DNA of 64,000 bases from Gekko japonicus (lineage: Eukaryota): positions 470,729-534,728 of the forward strand of contig NW_015162483.1 of assembly GCF_001447785.1 (NCBI RefSeq). The letters are read 5' to 3'. Of the stretch, positions 14,113 through 27,869 are shown piece by piece; positions within the stretch are counted from its first letter, which is position 1; each line of letters begins with the position of its first letter. The notes beneath the pieces are model-generated. The model worked only from the letters and a program-made list of their open reading frames with translations, did no database searches and was not told the origin of the DNA. Made by a program: the position numbers and the translations under genes.

Positions 14113-14795
14113 AATAAGGTGAAGCTCTGTTCTCAAGAGCTGGCTAATATAATATTGCCCCCATTTTGCCAGCAACCATGGTTTGGGTCATTTTCTGGAA
14201 TATATTGCTATCTGGGGTTTTTTGCAATCAATATGCCATTCCACTGCCAGATTTCTGTTCAGGTTTCCCTTCATCTATAAGCTTAGTAGACTGCAACTCC
14301 TGGGATAAAGAGATTCTGTTCTTCTCAGAATGATTTAGTATATTGCCCTGTAAGCCTTTTGAAGGGACAGAATTTAAAGTCTCCTGAATAGGAGCTCTGA
14401 GACTATGATTGAGGTGTTCAAGTTGTGCAGAAATGTGATTCAGCTGTTGAAAAATCTCAATAACTGTTTGTGAGGTCAGTAAACAGTGATTTCCAACAAA
14501 TTGCTATAAATAATCTTTTTTTTTTTATTAGATTTTTATCCCACCCTCCCAGGCCTAGGCTGGCTTTTAAATAGTCTAAGTCCAGTTTACATTCCTCATT
14601 ATTGTCTAGCTAGGCTGGTTCTTTTTCATCAATTAATTTAAGAGTTGTCAAAATCTTGGAAGTAGTTACTTAATAAGAATTGAGAGAATAGGTCTTGTTC
14701 TATTTCTAAGGCGTCATGCCTGTTTGGTGAGTAAAAGTGTTAGCCGAATTGTTTTATTTACAGCAATTGACAATTTATAATTGGGTTCTTGCCAA

Positions 14796-15830
14796 TGTAT
14801 ACCAAGGTCCTGATCCCACCTTGGGTGACCAGCAAGGGATTCTGAGGCTGTTGTAGTTAAAATAGATGTCTTTTACTAGAAATATATCTCATACAAACAA
14901 TACTGATGCACTCACACATTCAATCAAGTTCCTAAGATTTAAAGTAGGAAATAAGTACAGTTGCATTAGCAGGTAGGGATGATGATGGGCAATACTTATC
15001 TGTCTTGAAGCTTGGTTGTTCCAATGAAGAATGGATGGGAAGAAATGGAAAACAAAGGGCGTCCACATGACCAGAGCCAGCGAGAACGCGTGGGTCTCTT
15101 GACTGCAGATCAAGAGATCAATAGTAGAGGCAAGGGTTGGGAATAGCAAGGGGGAATCAAGGGGAGTAAAAGCAGACAGGGGTTGTCTTGGGGGAATGCT
15201 AGCTAGGAGGAGCCGGGTGACTGGTTCTGTCCTTTTATAGGGGGTCCAAGAGGTGGGTGATAACTGTTCCAACCTCTTGACCCACCTACCTGTTACTCCA
15301 TCCCAAAAACAATCCTATTGCAGGTAGAGAGGGAGGTTACCTAGTAGGGATGGCAAATATTGTAACCTAAAGCCTTAATTGAAGGATTGGCATCTGAGCA
15401 GGTGTGAAATCCAGGCGTCAGGATGCTTCCTTGTAGTGCTGATGAACTTGGACAGTTCCTTTGATAACCAAATATCCATCTGGCAGGAAATTCCAGCTCA
15501 GGAACAAAGCAGTTACATGGCGATGGGTGATAATTGACCAGCAAGCAGCTTTGCCATGGTGGTTGTCTCTTCCCAAAGTTGCTGTTTCATTGCTAACAAT
15601 AATGGAGATTTGTGCTTCTTCACCAGGCTGTACAACTGTGTTGCTGAAACCTTATTTACATGTAAGGTATGTGCAGGCACCCCCTATGAGTGTCATCACA
15701 ACAGGTGACCTAAAGTGAACAGTTCTCTGAGCCCATGTTTATGTGCACAGTCCATTGTGTAGCAATAAGCAGTCCATAAAACAAATATCAGGCTTTGTTC
15801 CCTAACAAAAGACAGATAAATCACTTACAT
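14796..15830 (-). mobile_element. Probable ERV-type LTR remnant
   Basis: Begins TG at 14796; minus-strand TATA-like CTATAAAA at about 15233-15240; composition differs from flanking LINE; right boundary and TSD not resolved. Confidence 0.3.
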
Positions 15831-15839
15831 TGTCCCATA

Positions 15840-16262
15840 GAGAAGGAGGGTCCTCATCCTCAGTTTAATTTGTTTTGCATTCTTGGCCATTGATGACTGG
15901 TCTGAGTTAGTCCTCCTGTGTCCCCCCCTTCTTAAAGAGCTCATAACTTACAACTTGTTATCTAAAACAAGACAAATATAATCGTCCAGCACTTCAAGAT
16001 CATTTGAAGGACCAGGAAGCACAGCTGTTTTGACTAATTAGCCACTCAGTTCTCCATTCTCCAAGCTAAACAATGAGAGTTTCAAATAAATACATCCACC
16101 CATGTAAGATAAAAAATCACCTCCAACCATCAGCAAAATGCATTTGAGAATGGATGCCTGCAATGAAGATTCTTGTGCTATCTGGCAGGGAGACAAAGAT
16201 CGAAAACAGGGCAAGAGGAGCTTAACGTTAAGCGTCTACTCAGGTTGCCATCTTACCCTAAC
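15840..16262 (-). mobile_element. L1-like 5' UTR
   Basis: Minus strand starts ...AAGATGGCAACCTGAGTAGACGCTTAACGTTAAGCTCC, resembling the AAGATGGC (YY1-site) 5' end of vertebrate L1s. Confidence 0.5.
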
Positions 16263-17855
16263 TCACTTAATTGTGTTTTAAAATCTCAACATTTTCATGA
16301 AATAACTTAATTGCTTGATTATAATATCTTAGTTGTATAACTTTTTCATTATTAGGAACACTTCTGGCCTTATGTTTCCCCCAGGGATTATACAATAAAT
16401 GACACCCATACTGGAACTGGCCTTATGTCCAGTTGAATGATCCAAGAAGACATAACCATATGAGTTCAATTACTGAGTCATCAGGAGTCTCATTTTTACT
16501 GTCATCTTCATTATTAGTATACAGCTCAATATATCTCTAAAACAAATGAAATTTTGCTTGATTGCAAATAATGCCAGCTTTCAGTTTTGCCACAGTAACT
16601 GACATAAATTAGATTAAAGCATGTCAATGAGGTAGCCACATCTGCAGAAATCTGATGCATTCCTCTTCCCAGGGAAATGATGCAACTAAGAGAAATGAGT
16701 TCTTTAAAAGCAAAGGGTACCATGCTGTTTTTAATTCCAAGTTAAATTAAATGTCAATACGAAAACCATTAGAAAGCTTCACTTTAGATCTTAGATGAGA
16801 CTGGTATTTATTTATGAGGCTAGTATTAATAGTTGCCTAGTGTAAGTAGTTAAGCTTATTATAAGCAAGCAACTGCAATGCTAAGACTATCCGAGCTGTA
16901 CTCAGCACACTCCAGTCTGGCAGTCTGTGTTGAAACTCACTTTACTACAATGTAGCAGTGCAACTGTATCTGCAGTAAATACTGTATGACAAACAGAACG
17001 CTGTTGCTGTTCGGAGCCTGGATTGGGACTATTGCTTTGTAGTGCACTGCTAAACAGAGTTACAGAGTTCTAAATCTACAGAGTTCTAAATCTGTCAGTC
17101 TATTACTGCTCATACAGCTATCATTTTAAGCTGAAATTAAAATGGAAAAAACTGTACTTAATGTTGTTTAATTATTTAATTATTGCTCCTATATAGAAGT
17201 CAATGTCTTTAGAAGGGTGTAATTCCATCTAGCATTGTATTGCAGATGGCTCAAAAATAGAGAACCAATGATCAGTACTTTGAAGAAGTGAATTAATATC
17301 AGTGCGAAAAGTCACACAATAGTCATGTTTTCATGTCTGACTACTGAAAAGAAAGAAACCAAATAATTTTTTCTGGAATGCAAATGTCTTTTGGATAAGG
17401 AATGTATTAATTTAGGTTACAGAAATATGTGATCAATTTGATTGTAAATTGCAAACTGCACTGTTAGGAGGCCCAGTATTCTTGCCCAAAATGCTGGTAG
17501 CTGCAGTAGGATGTTTGTTAGCACCAATTCACTGTAATTCAGGGATGTTTAACTGATGTAGATAAAGTAGCTAACCCACATACTGCTGTTGAGTGTCCTT
17601 ATTTGAGAGTATTAGAACAACTGTTTTAAATTGTATTTCAAGTATCTAATGCACTTCCATTTTCAGACTGTTTTTCTGTGGCCTTCCCCTAATTTCCTCC
17701 CCTCATCTCCCCCATCTGTTATTTACACCTTCCGCCTGGCAGGGGGAAAAAATACATTACACTAGAGGTACCATCCTTGGTTGTCTCAGTCTTGCTGAGA
17801 TTATGGCATATATATATAAGTGTATAGAGGAAAGCATCATGGTTTGCCACTGTAG

Positions 17856-18328
17856 TAGGGATGGGCATGTATTGGGAAAATGGAGTTCCTTTTAGTTTGT
17901 GGCCAAACCATGAACAGAACTAGTTTGTGAGAGGGACCACAGTTTAAAGGGACTGCACAAGACAGCCCAAAACAGCTGATCAGGGGAAACAGGCCACTCC
18001 CCATCACTCAGCTGTTTTTTGGGCTTTCTGCAAACCTTGTTTAAAGGGACTGCACGACAGCCCAAAACAGCTGAGCAGCTGGGAGAACCTCCCTGATGTT
18101 CAGCAGTTTTTGCGGCTTTCACAGGGAACAGAAAACAGATGTTTAAAGGGACTCAGAGTCCCTTTAAACCCCACCTTTCTGCTCCATCCGTGAACTGCCA
18201 TGAACTGCTTTGAAAATTCATGGAAGTTCATAATGGTAGACACATCACAAACTTCTGTTTTCAATACCACGAACAGGGCAAAATTCATGATGAATTTTGC
18301 TTCGTCGTTCAGTTCATAACCATTCCTA
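17856..18328. mobile_element. Old hAT-like MITE
   Basis: TAGGGATGGGCAT.../...AACCATTCCTA termini; internal repeats of TTTAAAGGGACT and ACAGCCCAAAACAGCTGA; TSD not retained. Confidence 0.55.
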
Positions 18329-19598
18329 CTTTCTGGTATTTCAGTCTAGTCCATTTTTGCCAGACTCTGAATGTCAAGTGTTCCAAGTCTAAATTGGATC
18401 ACCAGTGCTGTGCACAGTATCATACTGCTGGCTGGGATCTGTTGATTTATTCATTGCATTATGATCATATGCTGCTGTGATACATGCTACTGACTGGCAC
18501 ATGCTGTTAATTGAGCAGACACAAAAGCAGTGCATGTACTCGAAATGTAGCTGATTTTAAATGCATGATCTGTTCATGCTCAGTATGTTCTCTGCATGCA
18601 CAAGCATGATAAACACCACTGCCTGAAATGGTAGTGAGCAAGAACTTAACTTCAAAACATAGCTAATTTTAAATGATTTGCAATGTTGGCGATGGCTCTG
18701 AGATAATGTCCCAGCAATCTAGTAAATTCTGAGCCTGTGACAACAGCTTATACCTGGCCAGCTGCTGTGCTGGATACCGTTGAGTGCACAGATGCATTGC
18801 AAAGCCACTCAATATGCAGCTTGTTTTAAATCTGTGAACAGATATCAATTTGAGCATACAGGGTGCTTGACTCAAGAGAACACAGGCAATGTGAGCAAGA
18901 TAAGTTCAGTATCTAAACACATCATTTGTAAAGGCTGCAACATCATAGTTATAGCTCTATTGTTTACTCTAGAAGCCTAATACTATATTAGCTATATATT
19001 TATTTTTACTATATAAAGCTATATATTTATTCAGTTCCTATGGATCTGTTTAATGTTGTGTATGAATTTTTAATACAACATCAGAAACAAAGTGGAGGTT
19101 GGAATCTTTTTCAGAGTTATTATTAAAAATAAAGAACTGAATTGAGTGTACAGGAGTGTTGTTTTGAGAGAAAACTCAAAGTCCAACTGTTTCAGAAGAT
19201 TCTACTAGAAGGCATGCTAATTAATTTGAATACTAGCTTCCTTTAACATCGTTTCTGCAGTTCTTAACACAAGCAGAGTTTCCAGCAGGGATATCAGGTC
19301 AACAAATTTCTACTAATTTAATGAGACCTTCAGTCTTCATAAAGAAGAAAGTGCTCTGGGCAGACTAGACTAGAAGAAACACTACTGTATAGCTCATCAA
19401 TAATTTTTCATTCATATTCTGTTGTGCATCCTTTTAAAAGGGGTTCACATTTATTTCAGTGATTTCTTTCCATTCAGATCTTTGTTAGATGTGTTCATTT
19501 TCTTGATTTCCATGCCCATTAGAGAAATACTATCTTCCTCCTCGTCTCCCCTTTCTCCATGCCTTCTGTGCTGAAAATAGTGGCTGCCGATGAACTTA

Positions 19599-19738
19599 GA
19601 ATCATAGAGTTGGAAGAGACCTCCGGGGTCATCAAGTCCAAACCCTTGCACAGTGCAGGAAATTCACAAATACCCCCACCCCCAGTGACCGCTGTTCCAT
19701 GCCCAGAAGATGGCAAACAACAACAAAAAAACCATCCA
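19599..19738 (-). mobile_element. Short CR1 3' fragment
   Basis: CTATGATTCT tail and CR1 3' UTR on minus strand; 7-bp TSD GAACTTA (19592-19598, 19739-19745). Confidence 0.8.
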
Positions 19739-20259
19739 GAACTTACAGTGTTGGTGATGGCCATCCAGGTATCAAGTTTCCCAGCCTGTACAGTTGAAGC
19801 AATATCTGTTGGCTTCAGACTAGTTGCTGCTTTATTGAATTTAAACTTGTTACAACCTGTAACATTACTTAGATCCCATTTATTTTTAATGGTTAATGTT
19901 GCTGACCATGTGTTTTGTGCAATATAGAATTTGTTTTGCCAGTAATTTTATATTTAACAACAAAGGTACAGTCAATCCTGGTCTATGAAATAGACTCAGC
20001 AGGTTAGATACTCTAAGGCATGTTTTGGTAACCTATAAGGGTGCTGTTTAGAGCTAGGGAGACCTTGCCCAACACTGAAATAATAGAAAAGCATTACCTT
20101 GTAAGGAACTGAAAAGGGATTCTCAGCAGTGGTTCTTTGCTCCTGAGGAAGGACCAGAGGTCTGAAACACTGTAAAATTACCTGGGAAAAGTGCTGGACT
20201 TCCTATATGTAATTCTGCATATTTACCCTTTGGCTTCTGTAATTTCCTATGATGGATTG

Positions 20260-22592
20260 TATAAGAACATAAGATAAGCCAATGTCAGGCCAATGGCCCA
20301 TCCAGTATAACACTCTGTCACACAGTGGCCAAAAATACCAGGTGCCATCAGGAGGTCCAGCAGTGGGGCCAGGACACTAGAAGCCCTTGCACTGTTGCCC
20401 CCTAAGCACCAAGAAGACAGTGCATCATTTGCCCCAGCCTGAGAGTTCCTATCTATACCTTGTGGCTAATAGTCACTGATGGACTTCTGCTCAATATGCT
20501 TATCTAATTTCCTCTTGAAGCCTTCCATGCTTGTAGCTGCCACCACCTCCCGTGGCAGTGAATTCCATGTGTTAATCACTCTTTGGGTGAAGAAGTACTT
20601 CCTTTTATCTGTTCTTACCTGACTGCTTAGCAATTTCATTGAGTGCCCACGAGGTATTGTGAGATAGGGAGAAAAGTACTTCTTTCTCTACCTGCCCTAT
20701 CCCATGCATAATATTATGTGATGCAGCCCATTAAACAAGTTTGTAATCTAGTTGAGGTCTAACTATATAATGTTTGGTACTTGCAAGTTCAGAATGGGCT
20801 GGTGAAAGCAGAGGTGAGGAGATCACTTTTTCCCAGAGGTCTAGCTATGTGTTACACATTAACATGGCAATCCTAAGTACACTCCCCATTGGCTAAAATG
20901 GAACTTTCTTCTTAGTAGAATGGCTTAGGATTGTTATTTAATATTTCATACCTAAATACACTTGCTGGGGAGTAAGTTCCATTGATCTCAATGGGATTTA
21001 CTTGTGATTGCAATGCTTGTGATTGCACTTTTGTTTTGCAATAGGAGTGATTGCTTTAAGACTGAGCAACCTGCTCTATCCCAAGCATAATCTTATAAAC
21101 CTCGGTCATGTCACCCCTCAGCCGTCATTTCTCCAAGCTAAAGAGCCCCAAGTGCTTTAACCTTTCTTCATAGGAAAAGTGTCCCAACCCTTTTATCATT
21201 CTAGTTGCCCTTTTCTGCACTTTTTCCAATGCTATAATATCCTTTTTGAGGTGTGGTGACCAGAACTCTCCACAGTACTCCAAATGAGGTCACACCATTT
21301 GTTTATACAGGAGCATTACGATACTGGTTGATTTGTTTTCAATTCCCTTCCTAATAATCCCCAGCATAGCATTGGCCTTTTTTATTGCAATTGGACACTG
21401 TCTCAACATTTTCATTGAGTTATCTACTATGACTCCAAGATCTCTCTCTTGGTCAGTCTCTGCCAGTTCAAACCCCATCAATGTGTATTTATAGTAAGAA
21501 TTTTTGGCTCCAATGTGCACCACTTTGCACTTGGCCACATTGAAGTTCATTTGCCACGTTGACGCCCACTCGCCCATCCTCGACAGATCCCTTTGGAGTG
21601 CCACACAATCCTCCCTGGTTCTCACCACCCTGATCAACTTTGTGTCATCTGCAAATTTACCCACTTCACTGCTTACTTCCAACTCCAAATCATTAATAAA
21701 CAAGTTAAAAAATATTGGACCGAATACTGATCCCTGTGGTACCCCACTGCTTACCACCCTCCACTGAGAAAATTTCCCATTTTTACTCAGTCTCTGTTTC
21801 CTATTAATTAGCCAGTTTTTGATCCACAAGAGAACTTTTCCTTTTATTTCGTGAGTATTGAGCTTACTTAGGAGCCTTTGATGAGGAACCTTATTTTTTA
21901 AAAAAGGAACTTTATTGAAAGCTTTCTGGAAGTCAAGGTAGACAACATCTATTGGGTCCCCTTTGTCCACATGTTTGTTTACTCCCTCAAAAAACACTAA
22001 CAGGTTAGTGGGACCGAGGCAAGTACATCAAGAGCTTCCCTTACAGAACCCATGCTGAGTCTGCCTCAATAGTTTTTGTTCATCAATATGCCTACTAATT
22101 CTTTCCTTAATAACAGTTTCCACCAACTTACCCAGTATCGATGTCAGACTGACTGGTCTGTAATTTCCCGGATCTCCTATGGAACCATTTTTAAAGATGG
22201 GAGTGACATTAGCTACCTTCCAGTCCTCAGGAATGGAGACAGCTTTTAATGAAAGATTACATATTTTTGTCAGGAGATCCACAATTTCACATCTGAGTTC
22301 TTTCAGAACTCTTGGATGTATGCCATCCGGGCCTGGTGATCTATCAGTTTTTAAGTTGTCTATCAGTGGTAGGACCTCCTCTTTCATCACGTCAATCTGA
22401 CTCAGGTCTTTCAAACACCCCTCCTGAAATCAGTGGTTCTGGAGTGGGCAAGCACTTCTCATCTGCCACAGTGAAGACAGAGGCAAAAATGCATTTAGCT
22501 TCTCAGCCATTTCCCTATCATCCTTCAGTACTCCTTTTACCCCTTGGTCATCCAAGGCCCCACTGCCTCCCTGGCTGGTTTCCTGCTTCTAA
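20260..22592 (-). mobile_element. CR1 LINE, 5'-truncated ORF2 (RT) and 3' UTR
   Basis: SPGPDGIHPRVLKEL, NYRPVSLTS, YLDFQKAF, SGVPQGSV, KFADDTKL; (TTCTTATG)-type tail; interrupted by a foreign insert at 20713-21068. Confidence 0.95.
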
Positions 22593-25500
22593 TGTATGGG
22601 CATATTGACTTCATATAATAGATATATTACACTTCAAATGAAGTCTCCTTTATGAACATTTGTGGGAAATATAGCACACAGTTGTTTTGCTTGTGTTGCT
22701 AGTTTTGTGTCAGTAATTTTATATTTACCTAGAAACCTGATCTGATACATAAGAGCTATTCATAATCTCAAAGGCCATCATGAGAACTGCCTCGTGTCTC
22801 ATATCCAGATACTGTAACTCAATGATTTCAGAATTTAATAAACACTGATATGAAATTAAATGGGTATAATATATAAATCAATTCAGGATGACACATCGGA
22901 ATAATCTCAGAATGCTATGCTCACCACTCCCAGATATACTGAAAGCCCTCTTCCATAAAAATTATTTTCATTCCGTCTGACATTGTACCCATTAATGACT
23001 GTACTCCAGTATCAATTTATATATTGGCTGTCTTTGAGGTTAATGAAGGGGTCAAATAGATAATGACTGCTCTTTTCAAAGCCACTTTTGTTTTGAAAGA
23101 ATCTAAATTGAATGAGTACATTTTACAAGAAGATATTAATGCATTTAAAAACTTATACCTTTCATCTTTAGCCAGCAACATTTCATAAAGTGACCAATAT
23201 GTTCCATTCTGTGCAGGAATAAGGTAAGTGTGGCTATTACTCTGCAGACCTGACAGTTAACAAGTGGCATAACCCTGCCATCCATTAATCTGCAAGTAAA
23301 TCAGTAACTATTACTATATGAAATAACATTGTGCTAATTTTCAATTCTGGCACGATGCATAACTTTTTTGCACCCTCTGTAAAATCTGTATTTCAAAGGG
23401 AAAGGAAATTCTCCAATCATAATTACAATATAATAGCTATGCAATGCTATATGAATTGCTAATAATTTAGGAAAGCCTTTTAAGACTATTTTACAATCTT
23501 CAACATTGCAGTAGTACAGAAGAGTGGTCTAAAGGTCAAACATAAAGCAGCCACAGTACTCCACTATTATAGGAGGTCAGTTGTACATGTAAAACAGTCA
23601 CATCTGGCAGTGCCACCCAGATGTAAGGAAGCTACAGCTCAGATCCATGAGCTATATAATTAGCTTGTGGGTAAAAATCATAAGATGTGGTTATGGCCAT
23701 CAACCTTTGTTTACTTTGAAAATATGTTGGACAACATTGCCCCCCAAGCCGGAATAACGAGGCAGACACAAGTGCTGGGTTTAAACATAGGGCCACTTTA
23801 TTAACTGACAACCTTAACTGGACCCAAAGGCAAGGGCAAAAACAGATTGCGTTATGGTCAAGGCCAGAGGTCAAAGACCCCTCCCTTACCTTGTCAATAG
23901 GGCGAGCCACCCTGCCCCGGGTGGGAGCCCACTGCAGGGGCTACCATCCGGCCGGCTAGCCATTGCAAGACAACCCTGTAGCCCCATCCCCCAAACCGCA
24001 AGGCTCAAAGAGAGGACCTAAACAGGGCCGTCCCGAAGGCAGTCCGCTTTCCCCGCCCCGTGCCGCAAGGCACAAAGACTGTACTTACAGGACCCCTTCA
24101 ACCCAAATATGGGTGTCAGCTGGTGCTCACCGGACCGCAATCTGTATACCGCATAGCAACCTGCCATCGCTGAGGCCAAGCCTCTGCTTAGGCCTCCGCG
24201 CCCCACCAGGAGGTCCACAGCCTCCAAGCCCTTGCCGTGTGTTGTCCAGAAACATGCGCATGCCCACTCAGGCATGTGCCGCCATCCTGTTGGCAGCGCT
24301 CGGCCTGCCCATCATGACTGCTCAGATGCGGCAAATCCAGAAACTCAGCCAAGCTGCAGCCGCTCTCCCACGCATGCGGCGAGCCGCGGACTTGTAACCC
24401 CTACACCCACGGGACATAGCCATCTGATCAGCAAGCTCCCCCCACAGCCCTGCCTTCACTGACTTTGACAGAGCCCATGGGGTATACTCAGCCCCGATCA
24501 GGCCACCGTGCTACCCCAAGTAGCAGCCCGAACTTTAGGGAGGACAACCTGTCCCTACACAAAACTGTAGCAGGCCCGGCTTGCAGACTCCGTCATGCCT
24601 GCCATTCCGCCTTGGCTCACTGACAAATGCCCACTGAGCCCAGGGCATGCTCTCGGCACGATGAGCAGTTCAGCCAAACTGTGCCCACATAATCGGCCTT
24701 CTTCCCTTGCCAGTAACGCCAACCTGTAAGAGAAAAAAGGGGAGAGGCAGGGAACATTCAATTCCCCACAAGTTACCTCGGCATCCGTCAAGTACCTGAC
24801 CCGGGCCGCAGGTGAACCAGAAGGTAAAGCATCTCTTCACCGCCGAATATCCAGCTGGGGACCCCAAGGCCCCTCCTAACAGCTCAAAGCAACAAGAGTG
24901 GGCCAAAATGCCCGACACTGCCAGCTGGCGTTGAGACGCCATATCGGGACAACCCCCAGCAGGTGTCAAAGGTGCACCTAGCCCAGGAAAAGCAGCGGTC
25001 CCAAAACCCTGCTACCAAAGGCGGCCAGAGCTGCAACGAGGTGAACCTTTTCCCGTCTTTGCACCTCAAATCGCTGCAGCTGCATGAAGTCTGTCTGTTC
25101 CATATAAGTGCAGCACAGATTCCCAGGCAGCACTTCACCTTAGGCGATCGTAAAATCAAGTTGCTATAGACATCCATGAAGGTCTATAAAGGATAGAGCA
25201 CGGATATGACCCTCTAAGGCCTCCCTGCACCCCAAGATTGCTCCATCCTTGATGAAACTTCCTTTACATGCACAGATCTCCTTGGGCCTGCCACCTTGAC
25301 ATCAAGACAAGGTTAACAATGTCTTTGCAAGTTCCGAATCGTATAGGGTGCTACAAGGTAGCCGTAATCACCTTTCCCGCTTGCAGTGAAAGGTAATGGT
25401 ATCAAGCCACCCAGTCACCAACTTTTGCAGCAAGAGGATTGGCCCACCTGCCCACCGTTGTCTTGGTAGCAGTGAGTGGCTGATACTCCCCGCCGCTCTA

Positions 25501-27869
25501 CCCAATCAGTGGTCGGGCCAGAGAAGCACCTTCACCTGTCCCCATTTACGGCGGGACTGTTAGCTTTCTGCTGGCATCTTACAGTTCACCGACTACCATT
25601 CTGCTGCATTTAAGGGGACAACCACAAGGTTCCCCCCGCAGCCTTTGTATCCGGACTGTTACATAGGCATCCATGCCAGCAAAATGCATGCACACCCTCA
25701 GGAAAAACTGGGGGACACAGATATAGTTAAAGGTATCCCCCACACTCAAACGCCTAGCCTAAAAAAGCTCCTGTAAGAGGGTCCCGTTAGGGAATTTCCT
25801 GTACGCCAATAAGTCCGGACGGTGTGCCACTTGCAGCTCAGAATATGGGTTAACCGCAGCACTGAGCTCTCGACCCTGTTAACCCCGCTTGCCTGATGCC
25901 TTAATATCACCCGTAGCATCCAGGGGAATTACCAACCAGACCTTAATAAGCTGCTGGGACATTATGTAGACCAGCGCTGCTTTACGGGTTAAACTTTTCA
26001 GCCCCCCCAGCTAGGGCAATAACCAATCCAACTGACCTAAAGGGATTACCAACTCACGCCCGCAGCAGCTTCATCCGGCGTACATAGGCTGCCCAACAAG
26101 GGCAATGAGGGGCTGTCGCTAATAATGAAGGTTGGGAATGAAGCAAAACTACTTTGCCCTGAAGTAATGGAGAATCCCGTCAATATGTACTCCGGGGTGT
26201 TTCCCCATGCACGCCCAACAAACGTCCCCCAGGCTGGTAAAAGTGCATACATTTACCACCAGCCACGTACCCATAACATGGTACAGTGCGCTCACCCATT
26301 TCGCAATGTTGTAATGAACCCCCGTGTGAAATAAAAGGGGAATCTTGTTGTTTACTTGGGTGCAAGTAAAGGGGAAAATCTGTTCCCTCATGAAGGTAGG
26401 CTAAAACTTAATAAACTCCCATCCAACACAATGTGTGTCGAGCTGGGTCCAGCCCAGCAAGAGAAACAAACCATAACAATAGGGATCTATAAGGCCAAGA
26501 TCGTCAAGAGGTGTTGTAAAGTCACCTGATAGGACATAAAATCATCCATTCCAAGCGGGGACGCCATGCCAGCGGCACATGCTGCGGCTGCTTGCTCCCC
26601 CGCCAGACTAGACCAGCCCCCCTGGGCAACCTAAAGGTAACAGTTCCCTTGCTCGAAAACCAGCCAAACCCGACATAGGGTTGCGGTGCTCATCTCTGCT
26701 TCAAAGCCGATGAGCCAGCGCTATCTAAAGATGTTTCCGTGGCCATGTGGCCGGTATGACTAAACACCAAGGCACACGGAACGCTGTTACCTTGCCACCG
26801 AAGTGGTACCCATTTATCTACTTCAATTTCTTGCTTTCAAATGCTAGGTAGGCACCTAATCCCTCTGCAAAAGCAGAACCCTAGCTATTACCAACCCCCC
26901 GGCCGACAGAGAAGGGGGGGTCATAAATATGAATAATATACGGCTCACCGCACCTCTCAGTGAAGTCACTGCTCACGGAGGGCCAGAAGCAGACCCAGCT
27001 TTCAGCTTCTGCGCCATATCCGCCATAACCAGGCCCGCCCCCAGGGCAATACTTCGCTCAGCGGCAGAGTGCTGTAAGCAAAGCCTCCCCAAAAAACTTC
27101 AGCCCCGAGCTGTGAGCGAGCAACGTGCTTGCTGCCCCAATTAATTCGCTCTGGAGCCATTCTACCTGAGTGAAGCAACATGGAGGCGGAAGCCGCCAAA
27201 CCACTCCTAGCCCCTACACCGCAGCCTATCGGGAACATGGCCCAGGGTAAGTCCGAAAACCTCCTGGCATAGAAAAAACCGGAGTGCTCCCAAGCCTAAC
27301 TCCTGTTGCACAGCCCCTGTCCTACCGTCCCGAAGCAAAAGAAGACCCACGCCGTAAGGGCCGGCTGAGGCATCTGACCTGCTGCTGAACAGAAGCCAGC
27401 CGGAAAGTTGTGCAGGGCCCCGATCGCTGAGCATGCTCTCACGTGGTGTCTGTAGTTGTTCACAGCTCCATGGGCCCAGGAACGGAAATGAAACCAGGTC
27501 CTGGGCCGTTGGCGCATCGTCCTTAGTCACCTTCAGAGTAGGAGTGCGCCCTTCACAAAAAACAAATGGTTAACACCCTATCTTAAAAGGCTTATTGAAA
27601 CTGCAGTTAGGCCCCTGGGTCCCAATGCCCCTCCAATGGGCATCACAGAAGGAAGGATATTCCTGCCGCCGATCCCTCAGCATTCAGTCCCTTGCACCTG
27701 ATGACCCTATATCCTCCCAGTCCAAAGTGAAAGGCAGGGAGCGATAAGGTGGTGCCAGGCCAGAACCGTAATTCCCAAACCCCCTGGCGATGGCCAAGGT
27801 TCCTCGGTTGGATCTGCTGCCAAATTCGCGGACGTATGGTCACCCCTCATGGGTTTTCCAAGGCAATCA

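Larger units (their letters stand above)
9770..14790 (-). mobile_element. Older RTE-X-like LINE 5'/ORF1 remnant, interrupted by a younger RTE-X-like copy and BovB
   Basis: Minus-strand peptides SPNRHDALE and GNHCLLTSQTVIEIFQQL resemble TTNHFALLD and LLILIARTVECIFQG in the nested element; boundaries approximate. Confidence 0.45.

Noticed and set aside
19451-19955. Overlapping open frames on both strands
   Set aside because: They read through a CR1 insertion that happens to add 147 bp (in frame); the repaired peptides resemble nothing I recognise.
23172-23223. AG...AAG|GTAAGT exon-like segment
   Set aside because: Stops in all three frames; cannot be supported as coding, and a non-coding exon is untestable here.
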